46,014 nt of DNA from a virus. Its lineage: Duplodnaviria > Caudoviricetes. The translations under genes and the position numbers were made by a program. Below, one piece after another: positions 17,055 to 26,492 of the stretch (the stretch's first letter is position 1; each line of letters opens with the position of its first letter). The notes beneath the pieces are model-generated. The model was not told the origin of the DNA and ran no database searches. It worked only from the letters and a program-made list of their open reading frames with translations. The stretch lies in IMG/VR virus record IMGVR_UViG_3300027863_001761, positions 1 to 46,014 of that record; one strand, written 5' to 3'.

Positions 17055-17719
17055 CACGATCCGCCCAGGTAGGCGCTCTGGTTGGTGGTGTAGGTCAGCG
17101 TGCCGCCGCTCTTGGTCGTCGTCGTCACCTGGCCGCCTGGGGTCTGGCCGATGGGCACGTCGAAGGACTGCAGGGACGCGGAGACGACCTGCGAGCCGAT
17201 CATCAGTCGTCCGTAGAGGATGGGCACCGGGTTGCCTTGGCTCGTGGTGTTGACCGGGCCGCTGAACGCGGTGGAGTTTTGGCTGTTGGGCAGGTTGGTC
17301 TGCGGCGCGTGGGTGAGCATCTGCGACAGCCCCCCGAGCACCAGGGTGACACCGAAGGACAGCGCCATGCTGCCCATGGCGGTCGTGGTGAGCGTTCCGC
17401 CGGCAAGCGATGCCCCGCCGGTGTAGAAGGCGGCCACGATCATCGCCGCGCCCAGCAGGATCTCGCCCACGCCGTGCCCGGCGCCCGAGACTTGAGGCAG
17501 GAAGCGGATGTCGGCGGCTGGCAGGCGCAGTTCCTCACGATCTGTCACCGCCGCGCCGTCGAGCTTGACGAGGTAGCGCCCCTGCGCAAACGCCTTGCGA
17601 AAACCCGGGTGCAGCGCGCACAGGGCGCGCACGGCGTCCAGCGCATCGGCGCAGTCCAGGCGATGCACGCGTCCGAAGCGCTGGCCCAAGGGGCCGTACA
17701 GACGGATGGTCTTGAGCAT
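17054..17719 (-). CDS. Tail assembly protein I (lambda gpI-like)
   Basis: TIRLYGPLGQRFGR, FSGPVNTTSQGNPVPILYGRLMIGSQVVS; start 17719 (ATG) or 17734. Confidence 0.9.
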   Translation of the reverse strand: MLKTIRLYGPLGQRFGRVHRLDCADALDAVRALCALHPGFRKAFAQGRYLVKLDGAAVTDREELRLPAADIRFLPQVSGAGHGVGEILLGAAMIVAAFYTGGASLAGGTLTTTAMGSMALSFGVTLVLGGLSQMLTHAPQTNLPNSQNSTAFSGPVNTTSQGNPVPILYGRLMIGSQVVSASLQSFDVPIGQTPGGQVTTTTKSGGTLTYTTNQSAYLGGS

Positions 17720-17727
17720 GAGATGTT

Positions 17728-17756
17728 CTGTCAAAAGTGCGGGAATCCCGTATAAT
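17728..17756 (+). promoter_or_regulatory. Sigma70-like promoter with palindromic operator for the TA operon
   Basis: CTGTCA-17 nt-TATAAT; CGGGA-A-TCCCG palindrome at 17740-17750 lies in the spacer. Confidence 0.65.
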
Positions 17757-17763
17757 TGGAGCC

Positions 17764-18060
17764 ATGCGCACCGTCATCGAGACCCCGACCTTTCAGAGGC
17801 AAGCCGATCGGATCTGGTCCGAGGACGAGCGTCTGGAATTCATCGCCTGGATCGCGGAGCATGCGGACGCGGGCGACGTGATTCCGGGGGCTGACGGGGC
17901 ACGCAAGGTGCGCTGGCGGCGTGCGGGCACTGGTAAGTCCGGTGGCGCGCGCGTGATCTACTTCAATCTGACTGACGAGGAAGCGGTGCTGCTGGTGGCG
18001 GTGTACGCCAAGGCTGAGCGGGAAAACCTACTTCCCAAAGACATCCGAAAGGTGGTGTGA
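17764..18060 (+). CDS. higB: RelE/HigB-family toxin
   Basis: VIETPTF...GDVIPGADGARKVRW...GKSGGARVIY...LLVAVYAKAEREN. Confidence 0.88.
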   Translation: MRTVIETPTFQRQADRIWSEDERLEFIAWIAEHADAGDVIPGADGARKVRWRRAGTGKSGGARVIYFNLTDEEAVLLVAVYAKAERENLLPKDIRKVV

Positions 18061-18061
18061 C

Positions 18062-18367
18062 ATGGACGTGGACAAGATTGCCAAGGCCATCGAAGCCGAC
18101 GCGGGCGAGTCGCTGCCCGATCTGCGCCAGGCGCTGGCCGAGGCCCAGGCGCGGGTGGGACGGGTCACGACCCCCGAGCAACTGCTCGTGCGGCGTGCGC
18201 GCTTGGCCTGCGGTCTGACGCAGCCGGCGTTTGCCGAGCGCATTGGCACGCCGGTCGCCACCCTGCGTGACTGGGAGCAGGGTCGCTTCGCGCCGCCGGG
18301 CGGTGTGCTGTGCCTGCTGCGACTCATCGCGCGGCACCCGGCTCTGGCGGAGGAGCTCGCGGCGTAG
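18062..18367 (+). CDS. higA: HigA-type Xre HTH antitoxin
   Basis: ARLACGLTQPAFAERIGTPVATLRDWEQGRFAP; directly after the toxin. Confidence 0.88.
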   Translation: MDVDKIAKAIEADAGESLPDLRQALAEAQARVGRVTTPEQLLVRRARLACGLTQPAFAERIGTPVATLRDWEQGRFAPPGGVLCLLRLIARHPALAEELAA

Positions 18368-18434
18368 GCGGATCGAGAACTTGGACTGTGCGCATTCGTT
18401 GAAGCGCCTTCGCCATCCCGACGCGATGCGTCGT

Positions 18435-19154
18435 TCATCGCAGATCCCGGTGCCGTACCACTTTGCGCGTCGCACGCCGCCAGGCGCCTCCAAAGACGTC
18501 GCGGCTGGATAGGCGCCCGGCGCAGTGCTGCACGATGAGGTTGTCGCCCAGGTGCACGGCAGCGTGGTTGATGACGGGCGAGCCGATTTGCATCAGCAGC
18601 ACGTCATGCTGGGTCAGAGTGTCAAAAGGCACTTCGATGAATCCGGCCTGCGGGAAGCCTTCGGCGTAGAGGTCGCCCCCGTGCAGCCACCACTGCACGT
18701 CACGGTGAAAGTCCGGCAGCTCGATGTGCAGGGTCTGCCGGTAGTAATCGCGGATGAGGCTGTAGCAGTCGAGCACACCGTGATGGAAACTGCGCCCGAT
18801 CAGCGGCGCCACATAGCCGCTGGGGGCGAACTCGTGCACGGTACCAACCGGCCAGTTGACGATCAGCCACGGCAGCCCCGATGCCTCGCAGCCGACGCGG
18901 TCGGCCTGGCTGGGCTCGGGCGCCGCGTAGGGGTGCGAGTGCACGATGCGCACGATCTCGCCCTGGTCTTCGGCCCTGGCGAAGTCGGCGGGCGAGAGCA
19001 CGAAGTGCTCCTCGGGCGAGGCGGCCAGGTTGGCGCAGGGGAGATAGCGCAGTTTGCCCTGGCGCACGATCACCACGCCGCAGCATTCGCGGGGGGCCTG
19101 GGCTTGCGCATGGGCGCGAATGGCCGCAAGGATCGATTCAGGCATCGGCGTCAT
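18435..19154 (-). CDS. Tail assembly protein K (JAB/MPN plus NlpC/P60)
   Basis: PRECCG, IVHSHP, DCYSLIRDYY, NHAAVHLG; ATGA overlap with gpL. Confidence 0.92.
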   Translation of the reverse strand: MTPMPESILAAIRAHAQAQAPRECCGVVIVRQGKLRYLPCANLAASPEEHFVLSPADFARAEDQGEIVRIVHSHPYAAPEPSQADRVGCEASGLPWLIVNWPVGTVHEFAPSGYVAPLIGRSFHHGVLDCYSLIRDYYRQTLHIELPDFHRDVQWWLHGGDLYAEGFPQAGFIEVPFDTLTQHDVLLMQIGSPVINHAAVHLGDNLIVQHCAGRLSSRDVFGGAWRRATRKVVRHRDLR

Positions 19155-19849
19155 GAGGTGCCGATCCCGCAGCCGGGAAAACCGCCGAAGTTCATCAACG
19201 CGGGCGGGGCAAAGCGCAGCGCGCAATCGGACAGCCGCTTGCCACAGACGTCCTGGGCAGGGTCTGCGGTCGGGTTGCCGGCAGCGTCGGCCACCGCGCC
19301 GCCCGTGTAGCCGCAGTCGGCGCCGCGGTAGACCCAGGGGCAGGCGTTCTGGATGAACTGGCGCCGGGGCAGCCTGACCGCCACCATGTCCAAGGCGCTG
19401 GCCAGATCGAACTGGAGAAGCTGGGGCGTTTCCTGCGCCTTGCGATCGACGAACCAGATCTGCCGCGGCAGTTCTTGGGTGGGATCGGCCGTGGAGTTGA
19501 TGCCGCCGGGGAAATTGGCCGCATCCAGAAAGCGCGCGAAGGTGCGGATGCGCGTGAGCTTGCAGCCGGCGAAATCGTTGTACTGGCGCGCGAGCGCGCC
19601 AAGAATGCCCTGCGCATTGGAGGCGGAGAGCTTGGGCCTGGGCAGCGCGCCCGTGCCCGACATCTTGAAGCCTTGCGCCTCGATGGGATAGCGCGAATAG
19701 GTTTGGCCGGCCCAGAGGATGTCGGCGCTCAGGCCGTTGGTGCCGGCGTGCCAGTAAAGGGTGGAGCCGCCCTGCAGGGACAGATCGAGCGCGAACAACT
19801 CGATCAACGCGGACGGCGAGAGGGACTGGATTTCTGCGCGAATGGACAT
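19151..19849 (-). CDS. Minor tail protein L
   Basis: LPRPKLSASN, RTFARFLDAANF, CPWVYRGADCGY, CGKRLSDC, FGGFPG. Confidence 0.93.
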   Translation of the reverse strand: MSIRAEIQSLSPSALIELFALDLSLQGGSTLYWHAGTNGLSADILWAGQTYSRYPIEAQGFKMSGTGALPRPKLSASNAQGILGALARQYNDFAGCKLTRIRTFARFLDAANFPGGINSTADPTQELPRQIWFVDRKAQETPQLLQFDLASALDMVAVRLPRRQFIQNACPWVYRGADCGYTGGAVADAAGNPTADPAQDVCGKRLSDCALRFAPPALMNFGGFPGCGIGTS

Positions 19850-19893
19850 GGTGATTCAACTCGGTCGGCGGCCCTGATCTGTTCAGCGCCGGT

Positions 19894-20244
19894 TCAAGCG
19901 CCGAAGACCTGCTCGAAGGTGGCGGTGATGCTCACGACGCCACCGGGCTTGTCGTACTTGCTCCAGTTCTGGCACAGGACCAACACCGGCGCAGTGGCGC
20001 GTGGCGGCGTCCATGCGAACGGCAAGTAGCCGCCCTGCGCCTGCAAGAAGTCGTCGATCGCATCGGCCTCCTGGCTGGAGGCGCAGTGCAACTGCAGCGC
20101 CCATTGGCCAGGCTGGTTGTTGATGCCCTGGGGGACGTTTTGTTGATAGCCGTCGCCAAACTTGGCCGTCCAGAGCAGCGGCTTGCGCTGCGCGACGACG
20201 GAGGCGGCGTCCCAGGCGAAGACTGGTGCGCTGGAAGTGCTCAT
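19894..20244 (-). CDS. Minor tail protein M (distal tail)
   Basis: KFGDGYQQ...GINN...FLQAQGG...FAWTPP...ATFEQVF. Confidence 0.9.
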   Translation of the reverse strand: MSTSSAPVFAWDAASVVAQRKPLLWTAKFGDGYQQNVPQGINNQPGQWALQLHCASSQEADAIDDFLQAQGGYLPFAWTPPRATAPVLVLCQNWSKYDKPGGVVSITATFEQVFGA

Positions 20245-20253
20245 GTGATGTGC

Positions 20254-23121
20254 CTACGCCGGGTTCATCAGGCCGCCAGGGCGCATCTCGGTGAGCAGGA
20301 TCTGACGCACATGCTCGCCGATCATCGCGCCCACACCCTGCATCGCGGCCGCCCCTTGCGGGCCGGACAGGCTCGCCGAGCCGTCGTGGTTGACCACCAC
20401 GTTCACATCGCCGTGGTAACTGGCACCTCCCTTGGAGACGGTGCCGCTGCTGATCGCCTGGCGCAACTGGTGGTTGGGCACGACGGTGCCGGAAGCGCCC
20501 ATCTTGACGAGCTCGGGTCCGCGTTCGCCCACGAGATACAAGCCACCGGCCTCGACCGCGCCGCCCGCCGCGCGCGCGCCGGACAGGAACGTACCAATCG
20601 CCCCGACCCAGCCGGTAGACGCCCCGGACATCATGCCGGCCACGCCGGCCATGGCTTTCTCGGCAGCGATCTTCAGGAGATCCTGGATGATCGAGGCGGC
20701 CAGTTGCCGGAAATTGAGTCGGCCGGTTTCGGCGAACTGGACCAGAGCGCTGGTCGCGCTCTGGAAAGCCCCGACGATGGACTGCCGGATCTTGGCCCCG
20801 GTCAGCACGGCGCGTTGGGCCACTTGCTGCAGGCCGGCCTGGATCGCCAGGGTCGGATCGTTATTGAAGGCCTCCGTCGCCTTCTTCTTCTGGGCCTCCA
20901 GCGCGTTGACCTGCTGGGCGTACCCCACGGCGGAGGCCAGGATCGCGCGTTGCTGGGCCTGCGTCAGGTTCACCCCCTTGGCCAGGGCGTCGTTGATGCG
21001 CTGCTGCGCCTTGGCCTGCTGATTCAGGATCTCGGTCATGGCGGCCTGCTGCTCCCGGGTCTTGCCGATGAGCAGCAAGGCGTTCTCGCGCTTGGCGATG
21101 TCCTGCTGGCGCCCCTGATCGACGCCTTGCATCTGGCTCTGGAAGGCCTGCGTGGCCTTGAGCTGCTTGAGCCGCGCGGTCTCGTCATCGATTGCCTTGG
21201 CTGCGGCCAAGTACTGCGCCTTCTGCGTGGCGGTCAGCGGCGCAAACCCCTCGGCCTTGCGGCGCGCGTCGCTGAGCTTGCCCTGGGTGAGGGTGAACTC
21301 CGCAAGCGCCTGCTTGGCGTTGTCGACTTTGCCGTGGTACTGGCTCCAGTCGAACGCCGAGGCGTCGAGCGCCGCCTTCTCGCGGGCAAGACCCTGCAGG
21401 GCCTGCGCGAAGGGGTCAGTCTTGGCGTGCGGGGAATGCGCCACCCTCGCTCTGCCCGGCACGGTGGGATTGCGCAGTGCAGCTTCTTGCGCCGCTTCCT
21501 CGGCGCGGCGGCGACGCTCTTGCGCGACATCCCGCGCGTGGCGGGCCGCGGCGTCGCGGGCGACGCTGCCCCACGCGCGCGAGGCCACCAGGCCCGCAGT
21601 GCCGACGTAGTCGGTGTTCATCGCCGAGGTGATCGCCTGGTTGACCGCACCGCCGAACTCCTTGACCGCATCGACGCCGCCGCGCAGGTGCGCTCGAAAC
21701 GCCGTGAAACCAAAGTCGCCATGCAGTGCGGCCACAAAGCCCTTGCCGAAGGCACGGGCCGTGCTCATGGCCGATGCAAAACCCTGGGTCACCAGGCTGG
21801 CGACCCCGTTCACCAGAACATGGACCGCCTGGATGCCGCCCCACACGAAACCAATGCTGACGTTGACGAAATCCTTCAGATACGTCCTGGCGAGCGACAC
21901 GGCTTTGCCGAAGTCGGACTCGACGCTCTGCCAGCCGATGCCCATCTCGGCCAGGAATCGACTCCAGGCGACCGACGTGCCCGCGAAGGCGTCGCGCAGG
22001 GCTCCCAGCGCCGAGACCACCGCCCCGCGCACGGCATCCCAGGCGCCGCCGATGAACTCGCCGACCGAGGCCGTGGTGCCGCCCAGCGTGATGACGCTGT
22101 TGCGAAACACGTAGAGCGCCGCTGCCGCTGCCGTGAGCGCCACGGCAGCGGCCCCGATGGGGTTGGCGGCCATGGCCACGGTCAGTCCGTCCACGGCCTC
22201 GGTCAGCCCGGCGAACACCCCGACGCCGACCTCGCCCGAGGTCACGAACGCAGCTTGCAAGAACTTGACGCTTGCAGTCACTCCCTCGATCGCCGCCGGC
22301 AGGATCTTGACCACACCGAGAAATCCGATCGCACCCGCCGCCAGCGCAGGCAGGATCGGCAGCAGTCCCTGCAATGCAGGGGCGATGGCGCCGATCGCGG
22401 TGAACTTCCATTGGTTGAGTTTCCACGTCAGTGCCTGCCACGCATACTCCAGACGCTTGGCCTTCTCGGCCTGCGCGTCGGTGATGAATCCGTTGACCTT
22501 GCCTTCCTCGCCCAGGCGCTGCAGCATGGGGATCAGTTCCGAGCCCGAGCGCCCGAAGAGTTGCATGGCGATGGCCGACTTGGCCGCCCCGTTTTGCATG
22601 TGCACGAAGCTTTTGGCTACATCCATGAGCACGGCGTCTGAACTGCGAAGGCGTCCATGCGCATCGGTGACCGCCACGCCCATCGCCTTGAACGCATCCT
22701 TGCTCGACTTGAGCCCTTCCTGGGCGTTCCACATCGCGCGCCCGAGCTTGGCCGCAACCTGGCCCACGCTGCCCATGCTCACGCCGGTGATCTGCGCCTC
22801 GCGCTGCATGTCGGACAGAATGGCGACCGACAGCCCCGTCTGCTCGCTCATCTCTTTGAGGCGCACCGCCGACTCGATGGAGGATTTGGCGACTTCGATG
22901 AGACCAGCGACCCCGGCGACGGCTCCGAGCTTCTCGATGGAGGCGCCGATCGCACCCAGCGCGCCTTCCAGGCGTTCGGCGTGGTCCTTGGCGACCTCCA
23001 TGGCCGACTCCATCTGGTGCATGGAGCGCTTCATCAGGTAGGCGGCGCGTTCCAGCGCCGAATCAAAGCGCGCGGTGTTGGCCGACAGATCAATGTTGAG
23101 GGCGCCGAGGGCTCCGGACAT
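20254..23121 (-). CDS. Tail tape measure protein
   Basis: 955 aa, Ala-rich helical; LNIDLSANTARF start; RAAGGAV...YLVGERGPEL lambda-type C-terminus. Confidence 0.93.
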   Translation of the reverse strand: MSGALGALNIDLSANTARFDSALERAAYLMKRSMHQMESAMEVAKDHAERLEGALGAIGASIEKLGAVAGVAGLIEVAKSSIESAVRLKEMSEQTGLSVAILSDMQREAQITGVSMGSVGQVAAKLGRAMWNAQEGLKSSKDAFKAMGVAVTDAHGRLRSSDAVLMDVAKSFVHMQNGAAKSAIAMQLFGRSGSELIPMLQRLGEEGKVNGFITDAQAEKAKRLEYAWQALTWKLNQWKFTAIGAIAPALQGLLPILPALAAGAIGFLGVVKILPAAIEGVTASVKFLQAAFVTSGEVGVGVFAGLTEAVDGLTVAMAANPIGAAAVALTAAAAALYVFRNSVITLGGTTASVGEFIGGAWDAVRGAVVSALGALRDAFAGTSVAWSRFLAEMGIGWQSVESDFGKAVSLARTYLKDFVNVSIGFVWGGIQAVHVLVNGVASLVTQGFASAMSTARAFGKGFVAALHGDFGFTAFRAHLRGGVDAVKEFGGAVNQAITSAMNTDYVGTAGLVASRAWGSVARDAAARHARDVAQERRRRAEEAAQEAALRNPTVPGRARVAHSPHAKTDPFAQALQGLAREKAALDASAFDWSQYHGKVDNAKQALAEFTLTQGKLSDARRKAEGFAPLTATQKAQYLAAAKAIDDETARLKQLKATQAFQSQMQGVDQGRQQDIAKRENALLLIGKTREQQAAMTEILNQQAKAQQRINDALAKGVNLTQAQQRAILASAVGYAQQVNALEAQKKKATEAFNNDPTLAIQAGLQQVAQRAVLTGAKIRQSIVGAFQSATSALVQFAETGRLNFRQLAASIIQDLLKIAAEKAMAGVAGMMSGASTGWVGAIGTFLSGARAAGGAVEAGGLYLVGERGPELVKMGASGTVVPNHQLRQAISSGTVSKGGASYHGDVNVVVNHDGSASLSGPQGAAAMQGVGAMIGEHVRQILLTEMRPGGLMNPA

Positions 23122-23130
23122 GGTGGGTGC

Positions 23131-23523
23131 TCAAGGGGTTGCCGGATTGCCGGCGGTTGGGGATTCGGGGCTTTGCTGACGTGCCTGCAAGGCCTTCAGA
23201 TACATCGCCAGACGCCAGTCGGCGGCGCTCAAGCCATCAACGAGCGGCGCATCGGAAGGTTCGGCTGGCCGGGTGAACAACAGAAAATCCTGCGGGGCGA
23301 ACGGCTCGGTCCTCGCCTTGGGATCGCGATGGATCTCGGCCAGCAGCGCGCGCAACTGCGCCTGCACGACATCGAGCATCGGGGCACCGAAAGGCTCGAC
23401 GGCGGCGAAGCGCTGCCAATCGAGCCACTCCGAGGCCGACAGCGTGGCCTCCAACTCCTGAACCGTGCGGCTCAGGGCGAGCGCCAGGCGGTGCTTGACC
23501 TGGCGCTCGGGGGTCAGTTTCCC
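23131..23523 (-). CDS. Tail assembly chaperone GT extension (gpT), expressed by -1 frameshift
   Basis: The -1 frame reads KLTPERQVKHRLALALSRTVQELEATLSASEWLDW...EPFG and has no good start of its own. Confidence 0.8.
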   Translation of the reverse strand, partial: GKLTPERQVKHRLALALSRTVQELEATLSASEWLDWQRFAAVEPFGAPMLDVVQAQLRALLAEIHRDPKARTEPFAPQDFLLFTRPAEPSDAPLVDGLSAADWRLAMYLKALQARQQSPESPTAGNPATP

Positions 23524-23864
23524 GCGTCGGCCCCGTAGCCGTTGATGCGCAGCACAGCGGCAGCGAGCTTCTCCACGGCGGCATTGCCGGCCTCGGCGAA
23601 ACGCTCGATGTCGGCGTCGGTGAACACGGCCTGACCGTCCTTGCGCACGCTGCGCACGACCAGGCCGTAGCCGAACGCTCGCGTGCGGCGCGTGGCGTCC
23701 TTCTCGGCTTCGGCCGCCTTGCGGATCTCGGCGACGTCGCGCTCGCGCAGTTCGACGAGCTCGACCGTGCCCACGCCGGGCAGGTCGTAGGGTTCGGTCT
23801 TGGGGGTGACGGCCGCGAAAAACGCAGCCGCAGGATGAATCGAGGAGATGGATGGCTGGGTCAT
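23514..23864 (-). CDS. Tail assembly chaperone G
   Basis: Between tail tube and tape measure genes; ends GCG GGA AAC TGA. Confidence 0.8.
   Translation of the reverse strand: MTQPSISSIHPAAAFFAAVTPKTEPYDLPGVGTVELVELRERDVAEIRKAAEAEKDATRRTRAFGYGLVVRSVRKDGQAVFTDADIERFAEAGNAAVEKLAAAVLRINGYGADAGN
23517..23523 (-). other. Programmed -1 ribosomal frameshift site G GGA AAC
   Basis: X XXY YYZ heptamer just before the gpG stop; the -1 frame is open to 23131. Confidence 0.85.
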
Positions 23865-23870
23865 GGTGGA

Positions 23871-24371
23871 TTACACGGTCGGGTTGGCCAGGCTGCCCCA
23901 GACGATCGAGACGGGGCCGGAAATGCGCAGGGTGCAGGCGAGTTCGAGCTTGCCGTTGACCTTGGCGTCGGGCGTCTCAGCACTCACACAGTAGGCACAA
24001 AAGGAGAAGGTGGCGGGTTGAGCAAGCTGCGCGCCCAGGGTGATCTGGTACAGCGACAGCGTCTTGTTCGCCTTCTCGACGAACATCTGCTGCTGGCCCT
24101 TGCCGCCGGTGAAATTCATCGTCACCGCCACCGACCCGGAGTCCTCCAGCCCCAGGACGAACTCCTTGGCCAGAGACTGCAGGTGGGTGACGTCGATCTC
24201 GTCGACCTTCTGCCCGGAGGGTTTGATCTCCACCGCCTCCTCCAGGGGTTGCCAGACGGTGGTGGTGGCCGCCGCCGCGGTGGCGATGACGGACGCGGTC
24301 AGCGGTTGGGTCGTGGGCGCAGCGCCGCCCCAGGCGATGGAAGAAAACTGGCTTCGAAGTGCATTGCTCAT
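23871..24371 (-). CDS. Major tail tube protein
   Basis: EIDVTHLQSLAKEFVLGLEDSG, TLRISG motifs; position in the operon. Confidence 0.85.
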   Translation of the reverse strand: MSNALRSQFSSIAWGGAAPTTQPLTASVIATAAAATTTVWQPLEEAVEIKPSGQKVDEIDVTHLQSLAKEFVLGLEDSGSVAVTMNFTGGKGQQQMFVEKANKTLSLYQITLGAQLAQPATFSFCAYCVSAETPDAKVNGKLELACTLRISGPVSIVWGSLANPTV

Positions 24372-24395
24372 GGCGAGGGTCTCATGATGAGGGGC

Positions 24396-24755
24396 TCAGG
24401 GATTGGGGAACCACAGTTGCAGATCCAGCAGCGTGCGGCGCAGCTGGGAGTCGTGTTCGAACAAGCTTTGGCGCGAGACGGCCACGCCGCCGAAGGCCGC
24501 CGTCAAGGCGTCGTGCGCGGCCTGCGCGAGAGCATTGGCCTGCGCGCGCGTGGCGGCATAGACGTCGATCTGGTAGCGAGAGGGCACCAGGGAACTCTCG
24601 CCACCCAAGGTGTAGGCATCCGGAGGCAGCGCGATCTCGGCATAGACGAGGTACGGCGCGACGTCGCCTTCCTCGGCCGCATCAGGGCGGATGGGGATAC
24701 CGGAGAGCGCGGCGATCGATCGCAGGGTCTGGGCCACCAGCGGGTCGTGATTCAC
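24396..24755 (-). CDS. Tail terminator/completion protein (DUF3168-like)
   Basis: PYLVY, RYQIDVYAAT motifs; position in the operon. Confidence 0.8.
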   Translation of the reverse strand: MNHDPLVAQTLRSIAALSGIPIRPDAAEEGDVAPYLVYAEIALPPDAYTLGGESSLVPSRYQIDVYAATRAQANALAQAAHDALTAAFGGVAVSRQSLFEHDSQLRRTLLDLQLWFPNP

Positions 24756-25198
24756 GGTGTGTAATGAATCTTGCGGCGGGCTTTGGCGATGTTGGCCTGG
24801 CAGACCGCCACGAAGCGATCGAGCGCGGCCTGCTTGGCGCTCTCGAACGCCGGGCGCATGAAGGGGCGCATATCCATCTTGCTCGTGCCAAACTCGATGA
24901 AGCGCCAGAAATACGCCTGGTGCTGGTCGCGGAAGGTGACGATAGTCTGGGCGCTGTGCTGGCTGTGGCGCACCTTCTTGCGTACGATCTGCTGGCGCAG
25001 CCAGCCCGGGGTGGCCATCCCGCCACCGTGCAGCCTGTAGGCGTCGTGGGCGAGTGGCACCTTGGCGCGCGCTTCCTTGACGATCGGCAGTGCTGCAGAG
25101 GTCAGCGCCCCCTGCAGCGCACGTCCGCCGATCTTGGGGCCGAGCGCGAGCAGTTCGGCTTCAATCGCCTGCAGTCCTTCCACCTGAAATTCGATCAT
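24752..25198 (-). CDS. HK97 gp10-like neck protein
   Basis: VEGLQAI...AYFWRFIEFGTSKM...PFMRPAFE. Confidence 0.88.
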   Translation of the reverse strand: MIEFQVEGLQAIEAELLALGPKIGGRALQGALTSAALPIVKEARAKVPLAHDAYRLHGGGMATPGWLRQQIVRKKVRHSQHSAQTIVTFRDQHQAYFWRFIEFGTSKMDMRPFMRPAFESAKQAALDRFVAVCQANIAKARRKIHYTP

Positions 25199-25557
25199 GT
25201 TCCGGGGTCCACGGCGCCCTTGCTGCACAGCAAGGCCAGTTCCACATTCACGGCGTCCATGCGCAGCACGGCCAGGACGGTATAAACGTCCGCGCCGGAC
25301 ACGACGCGCATCCCCGGGGTGAGTCCGGCCCGGTAGCGCACAAAAATGCGGCTCGTGACCTCGCCGTGTACTTCTTGCGCCGCCAGCAGTTCGCGCCCCG
25401 ACAGGTCTTCGACCAGCGCGCTGATGTGGGTCAGCAGCGGCTGCCACGCGGCGGGGCCCGGTTGCCCCAGCGCGTCTTCGGCGCCCGGCGCGCGCGCGAG
25501 GATGCTGACGCGGTGGCGGTAGGTACCGGCAGCGACGATGCCTGTGCTCAAGGTCAT
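25195..25557 (-). CDS. Head-tail adaptor (head closure protein)
   Basis: GTYRHRVSI...DALGQP...LSGRELLAAQ...IFVRYRAGLTPGMRV. Confidence 0.88.
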   Translation of the reverse strand: MTLSTGIVAAGTYRHRVSILARAPGAEDALGQPGPAAWQPLLTHISALVEDLSGRELLAAQEVHGEVTSRIFVRYRAGLTPGMRVVSGADVYTVLAVLRMDAVNVELALLCSKGAVDPGT

Positions 25558-26241
25558 TCAGAACCTCGGCGGTACGGTCAGGGGCTCGAGCAGCGACTGC
25601 ATGTAGTCGGGCGGCAGCTCCTCGAAGCCTGAGCCGCGCAGCTTGAGCATGAACATCTCGCGCTGGGCATAGGCCCAGGCGCAGGCCATCAGAATCCAGA
25701 TGCGCACGCTCGGATAGCGGCTCACGAAATCGGCCGGCGCGAACCCCGCCAGATAGGTGATCTCCACCGCGCGCTCGGACCGCCCGGTCTGCGGCCAGTT
25801 GCCCTGCAGCGGGACACCCGGCTGCGCATAAGGCGGTGATCGCGTCCATGCGGGCACGCTCAAGGGCGCCAGCAGCAGTTCGCGCCCGCGGTTCACCGTG
25901 TCGAGCATCGACGGATCGAGGCTCACGCGCTGGTTCTCGGCCTGCGGGTCGGCGTAGGTGATGGCCTGCACGCTCTGGATGCCGGCGTGCGCCAGGACCA
26001 GGGGACGGCCGAATGGCGGGAAACCGTCCATCGTCTGCAGATAGGTCGCCTGCCGGATCGCCGCGCCCGTGCGCACCTCGGCCTGGGCACGGGCGCCGGC
26101 GATGAGGCCCTGGATCAGGGCGTCGTCGGCCGTGAGGTCGGCGTCGATACGCGCCTGTGCCTTGACCTCGGCCAGCAGCACCGGCTCGCCCTGGAAGGGG
26201 TCACCGGGTGCCGCGGGCTGGACGGACAGCAGCAGGGCCAT
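25558..26241 (-). CDS. Head-tail connector (gp6-like)
   Basis: EPVLLAEVKAQARID...DDALIQGLIAGARAQAE...ITYLAGF...WAYAQRE. Confidence 0.88.
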   Translation of the reverse strand: MALLLSVQPAAPGDPFQGEPVLLAEVKAQARIDADLTADDALIQGLIAGARAQAEVRTGAAIRQATYLQTMDGFPPFGRPLVLAHAGIQSVQAITYADPQAENQRVSLDPSMLDTVNRGRELLLAPLSVPAWTRSPPYAQPGVPLQGNWPQTGRSERAVEITYLAGFAPADFVSRYPSVRIWILMACAWAYAQREMFMLKLRGSGFEELPPDYMQSLLEPLTVPPRF

Positions 26242-26247
26242 ACCGAA

Positions 26248-26427
26248 TTACTTCTGCAGTTGCGGTGTGGGCGCCTTGCCCTTCGGGAGCGTGTCCGGGG
26301 CGACGGGCGCGTCCAGGCCTTCAGCAAACTTGCGCTGGATCAGCGTGTCGGCCAGATCGTCGGCGAACGCGGCCACGTCGTCCTTGCGATAGCCGTTCCA
26401 CCACTTCAGAAAGCGGATGTCCTTCAT
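26248..26427 (-). CDS. Small post-capsid protein (59 aa; not in the ORF track)
   Basis: MKDIRFLKWWNGYRKDDVAAFADDLADTLIQRKFAE...; AAGGA RBS; usual position after the capsid gene. Confidence 0.7.
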   Translation of the reverse strand: MKDIRFLKWWNGYRKDDVAAFADDLADTLIQRKFAEGLDAPVAPDTLPKGKAPTPQLQK

Positions 26428-26492
26428 GTCGGGAGTCCTTGCAAAGGTTGTTCAGTGGGCGCGGCAGCGGCGCGCCCGTCAGGGGGTCAGGT

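Noticed and set aside
20086-22641. 851-aa plus-strand ORF, and similar long ORFs at 14358-16670, 37047-39383, 26208-27983 and 1901-3484
   Set aside because: Antisense shadows of real high-GC genes; no recognisable motifs or RBS
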